Origin: Octopus sinensis
Taxonomy: Eukaryota
DNA: 64,000 bases
NCBI RefSeq assembly: GCF_006345805.1
Contig: NC_043020.1
Location: 22,444,001-22,508,000, forward strand
Direction: 5' to 3'
Position 1 is the first letter of the stretch; the number at the start of each line of letters is the position of its first letter. Below are positions 15,107 through 26,568 of the stretch, one piece after another. A program made the translations under genes and the position numbers. The notes below the pieces were generated by a model. The model worked only from the letters and a program-made list of their open reading frames with translations. It did not search any database and was not told the origin of the DNA.

Positions 15107-15340
15107 CTCAGACATACACACACGCACATATATATAAACGTATACACATATATGCACACACATACACACACGCGCTCAAATATACACAAATACTCTCACA
15201 TACACGCGCACACATGAACACACACAATTACATGTATATATACACACATATACACATCTATCCATATCTATATATATATATACACACATATACACATCTA
15301 TCCATATCTATATATATATATACACACACACATAGGTAGA
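14980..15340. repeat. Compound (CA)/(TA) microsatellite just inside TALDO1 intron 1
   Basis: Direct reading of the sequence. Confidence 0.9.
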
Positions 15341-15374
15341 GCTAGACACAGAGACATGAAGCAAGGCGGCTTAC

Positions 15375-15468
15375 CGTGAAAGTCGCCGGTGTCCGCCACC
15401 ACAATCGTCTTTTCTTTCAATTGATCGAGGACAGATTTCGAAGTTTTCTTCACATCAGGCTCAGCCAT
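15375..15468 (-). CDS. TALDO1: Transaldolase exon 1, coding part (94 nt)
   Basis: ATG at 15468; MAEPDVKKTSKSVLDQLKEKTIVVADTGDFH plus 1 nt, then a gtaag donor; contains the VVADTGD active-site motif. Confidence 0.97.
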
Positions 15469-15629
15469 TTTTCTTCGATTATTTCTGTTTGTTGAGGACC
15501 TTTCTCTGTTCTTTATCTAATTGGGTCCACTCGGCCAACGGAAACCTTTCAGTTGGTGTTTTAAAGGAGAAACGGAGTTGGAAGAATCACAGACTTCGGA
15601 CGTATTTCAAGAACGACGAATGTCTAGAA

Positions 15630-16230
15630 GTGTGGGAGAGAGAGAGAGGAGGAGGAGGTGTAGTAGATGGGAGACGGAGGGAGGGAGAAAGAGCCATACA
15701 GATAAATGAGAGGGGTGGAGAAAGACAAATGAGAGAGAGAGAGAGAAATAAGAAAGAGGAAGGGAAAGAGACTGCTGAATAAAAGGAGGGAGTGAGAGAT
15801 AAGGAGATAAATAAGAGGGAGGAAGGAAGATAAATAAGGGAGAGGGGGAGTGAGAAGATCCCAGACAAATAAGAGGGAGAAAGATAAAAATTGAGAGAGA
15901 GTCAAATAAAAATGAGGGAGAGAAAGAGTGTTAAATAAGACGGAGGGGGAGAGAGAGAGAGCTGAATAAATGGGAGTGAGTGAGCGGTATGTAGATAAGA
16001 GGGAGTGAGTAAGAGATACACAGAGAAATTTAAGAGGAAGAGGGAGAGAGGACGGCGGTTGTGAGAGAAAGAGAATTAAATAACAGCGTGGGAAAAAGAG
16101 AGCCAAATGAGAGGGAGGCAAACAAATAAGAAGGGTAGGAGCGAGAAAAGGGAGAAAGATACTTAAATGTGAGGGAGGGAATGAGTGAGAAATAGAAATG
16201 GACAAGAGAGAGAAAGAGAAAAAGGAAAAT
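15630..16230 (+). repeat. ~600-bp GA-rich polypurine/polypyrimidine tract between the divergent TALDO1 and ZNF-A starts
   Basis: The plus strand is overwhelmingly A/G. Confidence 0.85.
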
Positions 16231-17704
16231 GCATGGAGTTGTCACTGCTACTTGCTTTTATCGCGCACGTTGCTGTTCTATCGTCTGTCCATCCTCCCCT
16301 TGTTCTAAAAAGAAAATCTAACCTGAATTAAAGCACATGGTATTTTAAATGATTTCTTCGTTGCTGTTTAGCCCTAGGTCAGGCCTTTAGCGAGCAGGAC
16401 ATTCCAATGATGACCATTACGTCTTTTAGCATAGAAGTTGCACTGTCTAATGTGGCCTTTATTTAAGACAGAATGTGTGGATCTTTTCCTTTTGAAGGCC
16501 AGATTTCAACACAATTTCTAGTTAACTAAACACTTTTAAACTTCGTATACTGGTAGAATGTGTTTATTTTTCAGATTTTTCTAGTTAACTAAATAATTAG
16601 TGTTTAAATTATTTTCCATTGTTTGCATTGCTTTATAGAATTTGAAAGTTATTCGTTTTGTATAAAATTATTATTCGTTTCGTCTTTAATAAATATATAT
16701 GGGTACACAATAAACGTGACTACACACGTACTGTTTACTTTGGATGAATAATAAACACATATTCAGTATTTTTGTATAGGCTTCGGGTGTTTTCTCTATA
16801 CAATGTATATATTTACTATAAACTTGTGCACACGCCTTGAACCGGTTATTTGGCTTGTATGCACCCACATACATACACATCCATACGCATACTCGCACAT
16901 AATCAGGGCCCCTCTGCGTTTTCGCTCGTCGATGTGCTAGGAATAACACCCAAATCCCCTTAAAACCATATACTACTGGGTTAAAGGAAGGGTACATTGG
17001 CTAATATAACCATAGATGCTATATCTGAAAAAAAGGGGGGGGGCAAAAACACGGGTTGGTCATAGTTGGAACCCTTTGATCCTCAACCGGGTTTATCAGG
17101 ATGACCTGAGTTAAATAGCAATAACAATATATTTGTAATATTGATTATAGACACAAAGCATATATTTTGGGGTGAGTGGAGGGTATAATCATTTATATCG
17201 ATCTCCAATACTTGATCTATGTATTTTCTCGACCGTGGAAGAACAGACGGCTTGTTTTGAATTCCGGTGAGGGTTGAAACCCGAACGTATAGGACCGTAT
17301 CCCTAAAAAGCATATATTTTGGGGTGAGTGGAGGGTATAATCATTTATATCGATCTCCAATACTTGATCGATGTATTTATAGCAGCCAAAGAATTTAGCT
17401 ATTTCCTCTATAGCTAAATTCTTTGGCTGCTATTTCTAAAAGTTCGGTGTATGGTAAAGTAAAATTTTTTTACTGAACCCTAATTATATAACGTAATGTT
17501 TTATATGTATATACATATACGCCGCTATATATATGTTTAATGTCTCCTATCTAAACTTTAATTTTTAATATAACCTGTATATATCGCGTATCCTTCGTGT
17601 GTATCTGTGTGTGTGAGTGAGGGCGTATCTGCCTCCTTGTAGTGAAATCGTGTGAAAGCTGCAAACGATTGTCAGTCATAGTAATGCCATGATATTATTC
17701 TGCA

Positions 17705-17952
17705 GGAGACACCCCCATTGAGTTTGTAATATCTGATATCGAATGTGCGGCTGGAGACAAGAGGTCGGCTTCATTTGTTCATTGTGATAATTCAGTATTT
17801 TATGGAAGAAGTGGTTTAGGATTTACTGGAAACGTTTCTGGAGAATAACGTTGATAAAACATCGGTAAATCTCATTTTAACAACCAGATATTTACTTAAG
17901 TAGTTTGGTGAAAACACACAACACATTGATTCACTGATTGCATTTGAAAACG
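17705..17952 (+). promoter_or_regulatory. Putative non-coding first exon/promoter of ZNF-A (5' boundary approximate)
   Basis: Homologous to 27755-27951, 41095-41329 and 54325-54460; motif tatcgaatgtgcggctg; donor aaacg|gtaag at 17952/17953. Confidence 0.65.
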
Positions 17953-18009
17953 GTAAGCTGATTAACGTTTGTTTTAATGCTGTAATAATGTAAGTAAATA
18001 ATTAATTCG

Positions 18010-18410
18010 GGTACTACTAGCGAACAGTGGTCCCGGTGCGCGCACTCGCGCTAGCTAGTCGTATGTAGTCGATCCTATAGCGACTTTTTCACCCTAACCC
18101 TAAACCTAATTTTTTAGCCCTAACCTTAGTTTGTTTATAAAAATAATTTATTTACTTGGTTTAAAAAATGATTTACTTTGTTCGAAAAATATTTAATTTG
18201 TGTAAAAAAAAATTATATACATTGTTTTAAAAAATTATTTATTTACTTAGTTTAAAAAAATATTTACTTTGATTGAAAAATATTATTTAATTTTCTTTGA
18301 TATGTAATCAGCCTTAAGTACAAACATACGCGCAAGACGTTATAGGATCGACTACTTACGACTAGCTAGCGCGAGTGCGCGCACCGGGACCACTGTTTGC
18401 TAGTAGTACC
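18010..18410. mobile_element. 401-bp MITE with 70-bp TIRs and an 8-bp TSD (Merlin-like)
   Basis: TIRs 18010-18079 and 18341-18410 (2 mismatches) start GGTAC; TSD TTAATTCG at 18002-18009 and 18411-18418. Confidence 0.9.
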
Positions 18411-18696
18411 TTAATTCGTTTATTGGCCACAAGGGCCGACAAAAATTAATCAAAACATAAATGTATAAAACACAGGACGAAAGTTACAAAGGGTTTTGTC
18501 CGTTTGCAAAAAAACGTGTAAATATTCCAGAGATAACGAAAATATAACAATTGAAATACAATTGTTTTTCACTTGGAGGATAAGGTAATTAATTATATTG
18601 GAGTGAAAACATTTAACAATGGGAAAAGATATTACTTTCAGATACAGTAATTATATAAATATGATAACTCATAGCGTCATTACTAAAAGATATTTC

Positions 18697-18870
18697 GGAT
18701 CTTTTCGGTTTGAACGGCAGTTTTTAACATAATTTCTAGGTAACTAAAAAATTTTAAACTTCGTATACTGGTAGAATGTGTTTAGAAAACATCTTTTTCT
18801 CTTGGCTTTATTAACCGAAAATTCTATATGACACCGCTAGAAAAAACTGCCGTTCAAACCGAAAAGATCT
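18697..18870. mobile_element. Internally deleted GGATCTTTTCGG-family MITE
   Basis: TIR ggatcttttcggtttgaacggcagttttt / aaaaactgccgttcaaaccgaaaagatct; flanks gatatttc and gacatttc. Confidence 0.75.
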
Positions 18871-18918
18871 GACATTTCCTTCATAAATGAAGTAATTATA
18901 TTGAACTGAAAATATTTC

Positions 18919-19209
18919 GGTAGAGTTCTGCTTTCCGCACGCCATATAACGCCTCATAACTTTTTATTTTTTGGAATTTTCAGAAAATTCTTTTCATAGT
19001 CATGTGAAATCTGGCGGAGGTAAAGAACATGCACACCGCCCATTTTCGGCGTAACCCTAACCGCCAGAGACGAGCGATGTGCGTATTCTTTACCTTCGCC
19101 GTGAATTCCTGCGTGTAGAATACAAATTTGCAAAAATTTTCTGAAAATTCCCAAAAATAAAAAAAGGCTACGTGGGGCTATATGGCGTGGCGTAAAGTAG
19201 AATTCCGGC
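18919..19209. mobile_element. Old foldback MITE with imperfect long TIRs
   Basis: cacgccatata...ttttattttttggaattttcagaaaa versus its inverted counterpart; flanks aatatttc and aatgtttc. Confidence 0.6.
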
Positions 19210-19788
19210 AATGTTTCCGTCCCGACTTTTACGTACACAATACTTCAAAACTGAAATGTTAATCCCTATTTCTGAAAAATATCCTTCAGAAAATTCACTT
19301 TGAAACTATGATTAGAAACAAATTGAACGACTTATTGTCGTGATTCAGATATTTCAGCTGTTGAAGCGTGGAAGTTAGCTGGCAATAACGAATGATTGCC
19401 AGTTAGCTATTTAGAGACACGGAAAGATTGACATTTACTTGTCACATCGTGTCAAAATTTTTATCGCCCGAAACTTCGACCAGTTCACTGACAAAAAATA
19501 AAATTTGCTGTATACTCTTTTATTTGTTTCAGTCATTCGACTGTGGCCATGCTCGAGCACCGCTTTTTAGTCAAGCAAATCGACCCCAGGACTTATTCTT
19601 TGTGAGCCTAGTACTTATTCTATCGGTCACTTTTGCCGAACCGCTAAGTTATGGGGATGTAAACACACCAGTATCGGTTGTCAAGCGATGTTGAGGGCAC
19701 AAACACAGATACACAAAAATAAACACTCACATCGCCCGGTCTGGGAATCGAAACTGCGAGTCCGCTGCCCTAACCACTGGGTGCGCCT

Positions 19789-19829
<41 letters not shown>

Positions 19830-20068
19830 AGCACGCACACATATTCATTTTGATAGAAGTGTAAAATACTGGTGCCATCACAAGTAGTAGAAAATAACTA
19901 CGAGGAGAACAACCCAGGTATGGACTAAGAACAATGCACCCCTGTGGATTTAATAAAGGGTTCAGTTCCACATTCTGAAAACATCACAGAATATGACAGG
20001 CACCTGAAGATACAACAACTAAAGGTGCTAATCCAGATATATTGTATACTCGCTGTTTTTTGTTGTGA

Positions 20069-20400
20069 TATCATCATCATCATTGTTCGACCGTGGTTGA
20101 GACAATGGAATTTACCATGCTACGCCAGACTTCACGGTCCATCATAGCATTACGGAGGTCCTGTTGCTGGATGCCTGTATCCCTGGAGATTACATCAGGG
20201 TAGGAGTGTGTGCACCCTCTGGTATTGTGAGTAGATGGCTTCCAGAGGAGAAGAGTAGAAATTGCCTTGTTTTCAGCTCTACAATAATGTCCAGCAAACT
20301 GGACTCTCCTACCTTTCACAAGAGATGACACAGGTGGTAGTTTCCCATATATTGGCATTTTGGTTGGATGACGCTTCCACGAGAGATTTTGAGCTCTCAT
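20069..20400 (-). mobile_element. 5'-truncated RTE/RTE-X non-LTR retrotransposon in the ZNF-A intron
   Basis: RAQNLSWKRHPT...RRVQFAGH...LLLWKP...DREVWRSMV then a stop and (GAT)n tail; absent from the homologous block of the other cassettes. Confidence 0.85.
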
Positions 20401-20946
20401 AAGATATAGGTAATGTTACACAATCTGAAGGTATGGATGTAGTCTGTAAATATGTAAGCTTCACACGATTTTCTATGATTTAATTTAACAACTTAAAATT
20501 AAAGTTCAGTCGTTGAGATAAAAAGTTTATAGTTTATTAATATAGAACTGTAGGAAAATTTCACTGTTGTAGCTCTATTTGTTAATTATCTTTAATATCT
20601 TACCCTGTTTCTCTATCGTTTCAGAATACCAGATGGCATTGGCATTAAAGATATATCATCAATATCTATCATCTTTTAAGACTTAAGAAAAGGTTTTACA
20701 GAAAAATGAGAACTGTTACTTATGAGCAACATTTCTTTGCTTCATTACCTGGAATATGTACAAAATGATTTTGTGTTCCAATTAAATTTTAAAAAACTAT
20801 CAACATTCAAATCCTTTTCTGATATAAGTGGAAATAAAAGCTAGTGGAGATACGACAGTGGAAAAGTTTTTATCAATACAGGAATAAAGTAAAAGCGGTA
20901 AAAGATATCCATATATTGTTGTGAGTAAAGAAAATATTATACAAGG

Positions 20947-22869
20947 ATGAATTTTCCTGAAGAATTATCAAAAGAAATAGCGGGAACATCATACCACTGT
21001 GATATCTGTAAAAAGTCATTTTCTCTGAAAGGTAACCTTGCTACTCATAAATGTGTTGATACAGAAGAGAAAACAGAGAAACGATATCATTGTGATATCT
21101 GTGGGAAATCATTCACTGTAAAAATTAACTTAACTGAACATAGATATCTACATACAGGAGAGAAGCCACATAACTGCGATATCTGCGGTAAATCATTCAC
21201 TCGAATACGTACATTAATTACTCACAAACATCTCCATACTGGAGAGAGACCTCACAGCTGTGATATCTGTGGTAAATCATTCTCTCTAAGAGGTCACTTA
21301 GCCGGTCATAAACGTACTCATACAGGTGAAAAGCCATATCATTGTGATATCTGTGGTAAATCTTTCTCTCAGACTAATAGCCTAACTAACCATATACGTA
21401 TTCATACAGGAGAGAAGCCATATCAGTGTAATATTTGCGGTGAGTCATTCTCTGAAAGGGGTAATTTGACTAAACACAAATACATTCATACAGGAGAGAA
21501 GTCATATCACTGTGATATCTGTGGAAAATCATTCTTTCAAAGAGTTCATTTAAATACTCACAGACGTATTCATACAGGAGAGAAACCATATCACTGTGAT
21601 ATCTGTGGTAAATCATTCTACGATGGAAGTGCAGTAACTTCTCACAAACGTATTCATACTGGGGAGAAGCCTTATCCGTGTGATATCTGTGATAAATCAT
21701 TCACTGATGCTAGTAAATTAACTAAACACAAACGTACTCACACGGGAGAGAAACCATATCCCTGTGATATCTGTGGTAAATCATTCACAGATGGAAGTAC
21801 TTTAACTGTTCATAAACGTATTCACACAGGGGAAAAACCATATCACTGTGATATCTGTGGTAAATCATTCTCTCGGACAAGCCAGTTGACAATACACAAG
21901 AGACGCGTTCATACAGGTGAGAAACCATATCCATGTGATATCTGTGGTAAATCATTTATTGATAGAGGTGGATTAACTGTTCACAAACGTATTCACACAG
22001 GGGAAAAACCATATCAGTGTGATAACTGTGATAAAACGTTCACTTATGCAACAGCATTGAATATTCACAAGCATATTCATTCAGGGGAAAAACAATATCG
22101 CTGTGATATTTGTGGTAAAATATTCTCTGGAACAAGTGAATTAATGATACACAAAAGACGCATTCATTCAAGAGAGAAACCACATTCATGTGATATCTGT
22201 GGTAAATCATTCACCTATTCAAGTGCATTAACTGTTCATAAACGTAGTCACACAGGGGAAAAACCATATCACTGTGATATCTGTGGTAAATCTTTCTCAT
22301 ATGGCAGTACATTACCTGTTCACAAACGTATTCATACAGGGAAGAAACCACATCACTGCGATACTTGTGATAAATCATTCCCTTATGCGAGTGCATTAAC
22401 TCTTCATAAACGTATTCACTCAGGGGAAAAACTATATCATTGTGATATCTGCGGCAGATCATTTACATATCGAAGCACATTAACTGTTCACAAACGAATT
22501 CATTCAGGAGAAAAACCATATCACTGTGATATCTGTGGAAAATCATTCTCTCAAACAAGTCAGTTAACAGTACACAAGAGGCGTATCCATACAAGCGAGA
22601 AGCCGTATCATTGTGATATCTGTGGCAAATCCTTCACTGATGGAAGTTCATTAACTGTTCACAGACGTATTCATACAGGTGAAAAGCCATATTCATGTAA
22701 TATCTGTGGTGTATCATTCTGTCGAACAAGCCAGCTAACAATACATAAGAGACGCATTCATACAGGGGAGAAACCATTTTACTGCGATAACTGTGGTAGA
22801 TCATTCACTGACAGGAGCTCGTTAACTGCTCATAAACGGAATCATTCAAATGAGAAACCATATCACTGA
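20947..22869 (+). CDS. ZNF-A: C2H2 polydactyl zinc-finger protein, 640 aa, ~22 fingers (first one degenerate), single coding exon
   Basis: Tandem CxxC-x12-Hx3/4H units with TGEKPY linkers; conserved acceptor tttcag at 20624; the stop is created by loss of 2 nt in cac-tgt-gat (cac TGA). Confidence 0.95.
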   Translation: MNFPEELSKEIAGTSYHCDICKKSFSLKGNLATHKCVDTEEKTEKRYHCDICGKSFTVKINLTEHRYLHTGEKPHNCDICGKSFTRIRTLITHKHLHTGERPHSCDICGKSFSLRGHLAGHKRTHTGEKPYHCDICGKSFSQTNSLTNHIRIHTGEKPYQCNICGESFSERGNLTKHKYIHTGEKSYHCDICGKSFFQRVHLNTHRRIHTGEKPYHCDICGKSFYDGSAVTSHKRIHTGEKPYPCDICDKSFTDASKLTKHKRTHTGEKPYPCDICGKSFTDGSTLTVHKRIHTGEKPYHCDICGKSFSRTSQLTIHKRRVHTGEKPYPCDICGKSFIDRGGLTVHKRIHTGEKPYQCDNCDKTFTYATALNIHKHIHSGEKQYRCDICGKIFSGTSELMIHKRRIHSREKPHSCDICGKSFTYSSALTVHKRSHTGEKPYHCDICGKSFSYGSTLPVHKRIHTGKKPHHCDTCDKSFPYASALTLHKRIHSGEKLYHCDICGRSFTYRSTLTVHKRIHSGEKPYHCDICGKSFSQTSQLTVHKRRIHTSEKPYHCDICGKSFTDGSSLTVHRRIHTGEKPYSCNICGVSFCRTSQLTIHKRRIHTGEKPFYCDNCGRSFTDRSSLTAHKRNHSNEKPYH

Positions 22870-23289
22870 TATCTTTGATAAATCATTCAATGGAAAAAGT
22901 CATTTATTGATACAGATGAGACACATTCATACAAAAGAAAATTATGATTACAATGTCTGTGGTAAATCTTTCATTGATGGAACTACATTAACTGGTCAAA
23001 AATGTATTTATACTGGTCAGAAGCCATATAGTGTTATCATCATCATCTAGTGTTCTTTTTTTCTATGCTAGCATGGGTAAGACAGTTTGACTAGAGCTGG
23101 TAAACTGTGGAGCTGTACCAGGTTCCAGTCTGTTGTATCTATGGTAAATTGTTCTGGCTTAATTAGGCTCATGCTTTTTCATACAGGTGAGAAATCATAC
23201 TACTGTAATATCTGTGGTGAATGACTATGAAAGATGTTATTTAACTACAGCCAATTACACTTTCACAGGAGAGAAGCTTTGGCACTTGT

Positions 23290-23605
23290 ACTGGTAGCAC
23301 ATGAAAAAACATTTGAGTGAGGTCATTGCCGGTGCCACTAAACTGGATCCTGTGCAGGTGGCACATAAAAAGCACCATTTGAGTGTGGCCGTTGCCAGCA
23401 CCACCTGACTGGCCCTCGTACTGGTGACATGTAAAAGCACCCACTACACTCTCGGAGTGGTTGGTTTTTAGGAAGGGCATCCAGCTGTAGAAACTCTGCC
23501 AGATCAAGATTGGAACCTGGTGCAGCCATCTGGTTCGCCAGACCTCAGTCAAATCGTCCAACCCATGCTAGCATAGAAAGCGGATGTTAAACAATGATGA
23601 TGATA
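23290..23605 (+). mobile_element. Family 3 retroposon end with (GAT)n tail
   Basis: ggtggcacataaaaagcacc...aggaagggcatccagctgtag...gatgttaaacaatgatgatg. Confidence 0.8.
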
Positions 23606-23954
23606 ATTACATCATTCTCTGAGATGTCATTTATGAGGGTGGGGTACTGTTAAGATTCTGGTTTCAAGGGTGTTGCAAAAGGCCCAACCTTCCAAGTTCT
23701 TTTACAGGGCTTAGAAAAACTGAAGGAACGCTGCCACAAGTGTGTGAATCAGAGGTGAATGTTGAATAAAATCATAATTAACTGATCCTCCTGTATTTTC
23801 TTTTATCCAAAGCCAAGAAGATTTCAGTATTCGCAGATGTATCAATAATGGAAAGGAACCCAAATCAGTGTGGTATTTGTGGTAATTAAGTACAAACTTA
23901 TACAGGGGAATAATCATATCACTGTAATATCTGTGGCACATTGTTCTGCCTTAA

Positions 23955-24174
23955 CCCTTTAGCATTTAAACCGGCCATATCCGGTCCAAATATTCTACCT
24001 GTCTTATGTTCAAAATAGCCAGATTTCACCTCTCACACCTACCATGCCATGTCATTCTAAATATAAACAATCACACCATCGAAGTCCCAAAGCTATGAAA
24101 TAATGCATGGTTAATTGAAAGCAATGTGAATGTATAACCATTTCATTTGGCAGATTACTCTGAACGCGAAAGGG
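23955..24174. mobile_element. TTAA-flanked (piggyBac-like) MITE inserted in a relic finger
   Basis: TTAA|ccctttagc...gaaaggg|TTAA; the 3' flank resumes ttactcatgaatgcattcataca (THECIHT). Confidence 0.8.
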
Positions 24175-24631
24175 TTAATTACTCATGAATGCATTCATAC
24201 AGAAATAAAAACGTGTTACTTTGATATCTGTGGTAAATCCTTTTATCAGAATAGTCATTTAACTAAATGCAAATGTATTCATTCCAAAGACGACCTATAC
24301 CACATTGATATCTGTGGTAAATCAATTTCCTTATGATTTTCTTATGAATTGTATTGATTATTCATTGATTTGATGTACTAAAAATGAATTACGTTTTAGA
24401 ATGATTGAGTTGTTCTTCATTTTTGTTTACCCCTGTATTTTTTCTTGCATGGGAATAAACCTCTTATCTCTTTATATATCTACTATATAAATGTAGCTGT
24501 ATGTGGATATGTATGTGTTTAGCCCCGAAAGGCCCTGAAATGGTATAGTCTTGAGAAAAACTAATTTTATTTTCGAAATCTGTATCCCAAAGAGAATGTT
24601 GTCCATAAATTGTAAGAAACTATAATTTACT

Positions 24632-24878
24632 GCTGGTGGCACGTAAAAAGCACCAATCCGATCATGGCCATTGTCAGCCTCCTCTGGCACCTGTGCCGGT
24701 GGCACGTAATAAACACCCACTACACTCACGGAGTGGTTGGTGCTAGGAAGGGCATCCAGCTGTAGAAACACTGCCAGATCAGACTGGGCCTGGTGCAGCC
24801 TTCTGGCTTCCCAGATCCCCGGTTGAACTGTCCAACCCATGCCAGCATGGAGAACGGACGTTAAATGGTGATGATGAA
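24632..24878 (+). mobile_element. Family 3 retroposon end
   Basis: Near-identical to 36378-36630. Confidence 0.85.
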
Positions 24879-24914
24879 ATTACTCAACTTTTAGATTGAT
24901 AACTCTCTCACTCT

Positions 24915-25678
24915 CTGTGTGTCACCATCAATCTATCTATCTCTATTGTTTACCACACTCACTGTGTGTCACCATCAATCTATCTATCTCTATTGTTTAC
25001 CACACTCTTTATCACTCACTGTGTGTCACCAGCAATCTATCTCTATTGTTTACCACACTCTTTATCACTCACTGTGTGTCACCATCAATCTATCTCTATT
25101 GTTTACCACACTCTTTATCACTCACTGTGTGTCACCATCAATCTATCTATCTCTATTGTTTACCACACTCTTTATCACTCACTGTGTGTCACCATCAATC
25201 TATCTCTATTGTTTACCACACTCTTTATCACTCACTGTGTGTCACCATCAATCTATCTATCTCTATTGTTTACCACACTCTTTATCACTCACTGTGTGTC
25301 ACCATCAATCTATCTCTATTGTTTACCACACTCTTTATCACTCACTGTATGTCACCATCAATCTATCTATCTCTATTGTTTACCACACTCTTTATCACTC
25401 ACTGTGTGTCACCATCAATCTCTATTGTTTACCACACTCTTTATCACTCACTGTGTGTCACCATCAATCTATCTATCTCTATTGTTTACCACACTCTTTA
25501 TCACTCACTATGTGTCACCATCAATCTATCTATCTCTATTGTTTACCACACTCTTTATCACTCACTGTGTGTCACCATCAATCTATCTATCTCTATTGTT
25601 TACCACACTCTTTATCACTCACTGTGTGTCACCATCAATCTATCTATCTCTATTGTTTACCACACTCTTTATCACTCT
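24915..25678. repeat. Minisatellite, ~14 units of 57/53/49 bp
   Basis: Unit actgtgtgtcaccatcaat(ctat)0-2ctctattgtttaccacactctttatcactc; overlapping ORFs are artefacts. Confidence 0.95.
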
Positions 25679-26251
25679 CTCTCTCATACACACACACTTT
25701 ATCAGTTTGTGTGAATAAAAGATTATCGTTATTAAACTTTTATTAATAAACACATATTCTAAGTTCACAACATATGCAGTTTTAATTTTCCTCTCTGCTG
25801 CACAGATACACACATTACATATTATGTATTCGTTTATGAAACAGATTGGGTTTATTTACATTTCTGAAAAAAAAAAGATACCCGTCCCTTTAACCCTAAC
25901 CCTAAAACAGACTGAAATGCAATAGATCGATACTAGGGTCTCTGCTGTAGCAGTTGACAATGGTGTTGCAGCACCATTGTCAACTGCTACAAAGGGAACG
26001 GTAATGTCTTAGAAATAATGAGAGAAAGGTTGGGCATAAAAGGCATCATAGGTGGTATGCAAGAGAGACGACTGCTGGTATGTAATATGTGAGGTTTTAA
26101 TCATTAGAGTGGCAGATTTGCATCAAGGTGCACTCTTACATTGTAACTCTATCATGCTTTATATTTTGCTTATATTGGAGGGAAACAAGAAGTATAAATA
26201 AAATTATCAACCATCTTACAAACAATAACTCTGAGCACCTTTTCGAACTCC

Positions 26252-26568
26252 ACCCGTGGACATAGTTACAAAGTCAGAAAACAGTACAGCTCCCATGACT
26301 TTAGGAAACATTTTTTCACGCTGAGAGTTGCTGAAGCATGGAACAAACTGCTGGCATCAGTTGTTAGTTGTCGGAGCACTGCATCCTTCAAAACTTCCAT
26401 GCTTTCTGAGATTCGCCAACACTACACCTGATTTTCTCCCCTCCATACACACACAAGCATGTGTCTGACTCATACACTGTTCGCTTTCCAGACATTTGTA
26501 CATTACTGCATACACTTTATACACATTTTCTGACAAGTTGTGGTGCACCTGAGCACTGTATACAATAA
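26252..26568 (+). mobile_element. CR1/L2-type LINE 3' end
   Basis: TRGHSYKV...RKHFFTLRVAEAWNKL...SFK, stop at 26431, then a 3' UTR. Confidence 0.85.

Larger units (their letters stand above)
22870..24335 (+). pseudogene. Relic (frameshifted, Cys/His-mutated) zinc fingers downstream of the ZNF-A stop, interrupted by TEs
   Basis: Remnants [32 protein letters not shown] and [20 protein letters not shown]. Confidence 0.8.

Noticed and set aside
14790-15107. GC-richer segment and 105-aa ORF in TALDO1 intron 1
   Set aside because: Half of the ORF is microsatellite and there is no recognisable motif or splice pair; it cannot be supported without expression data.
15587-16245. Long Ser/Leu/Pro-rich ORFs
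   Set aside because: They are the pyrimidine-strand translation of the GA tract.
18090-18130. Interstitial telomeric (CCCTAA)n tracts (also ~25890, 28210-28790, 54935)
   Set aside because: Only 2-4 imperfect units, always internal to MITEs.
21470-22462. Antisense ORFs over the ZNF genes (also 37929, 44940, 59436)
   Set aside because: They are expected shadows of repetitive finger codons; short and with no independent signal.
24896-25746. Three overlapping 250-275-aa ORFs rich in Cys/His
   Set aside because: They are translations of the 57/53/49-bp minisatellite.
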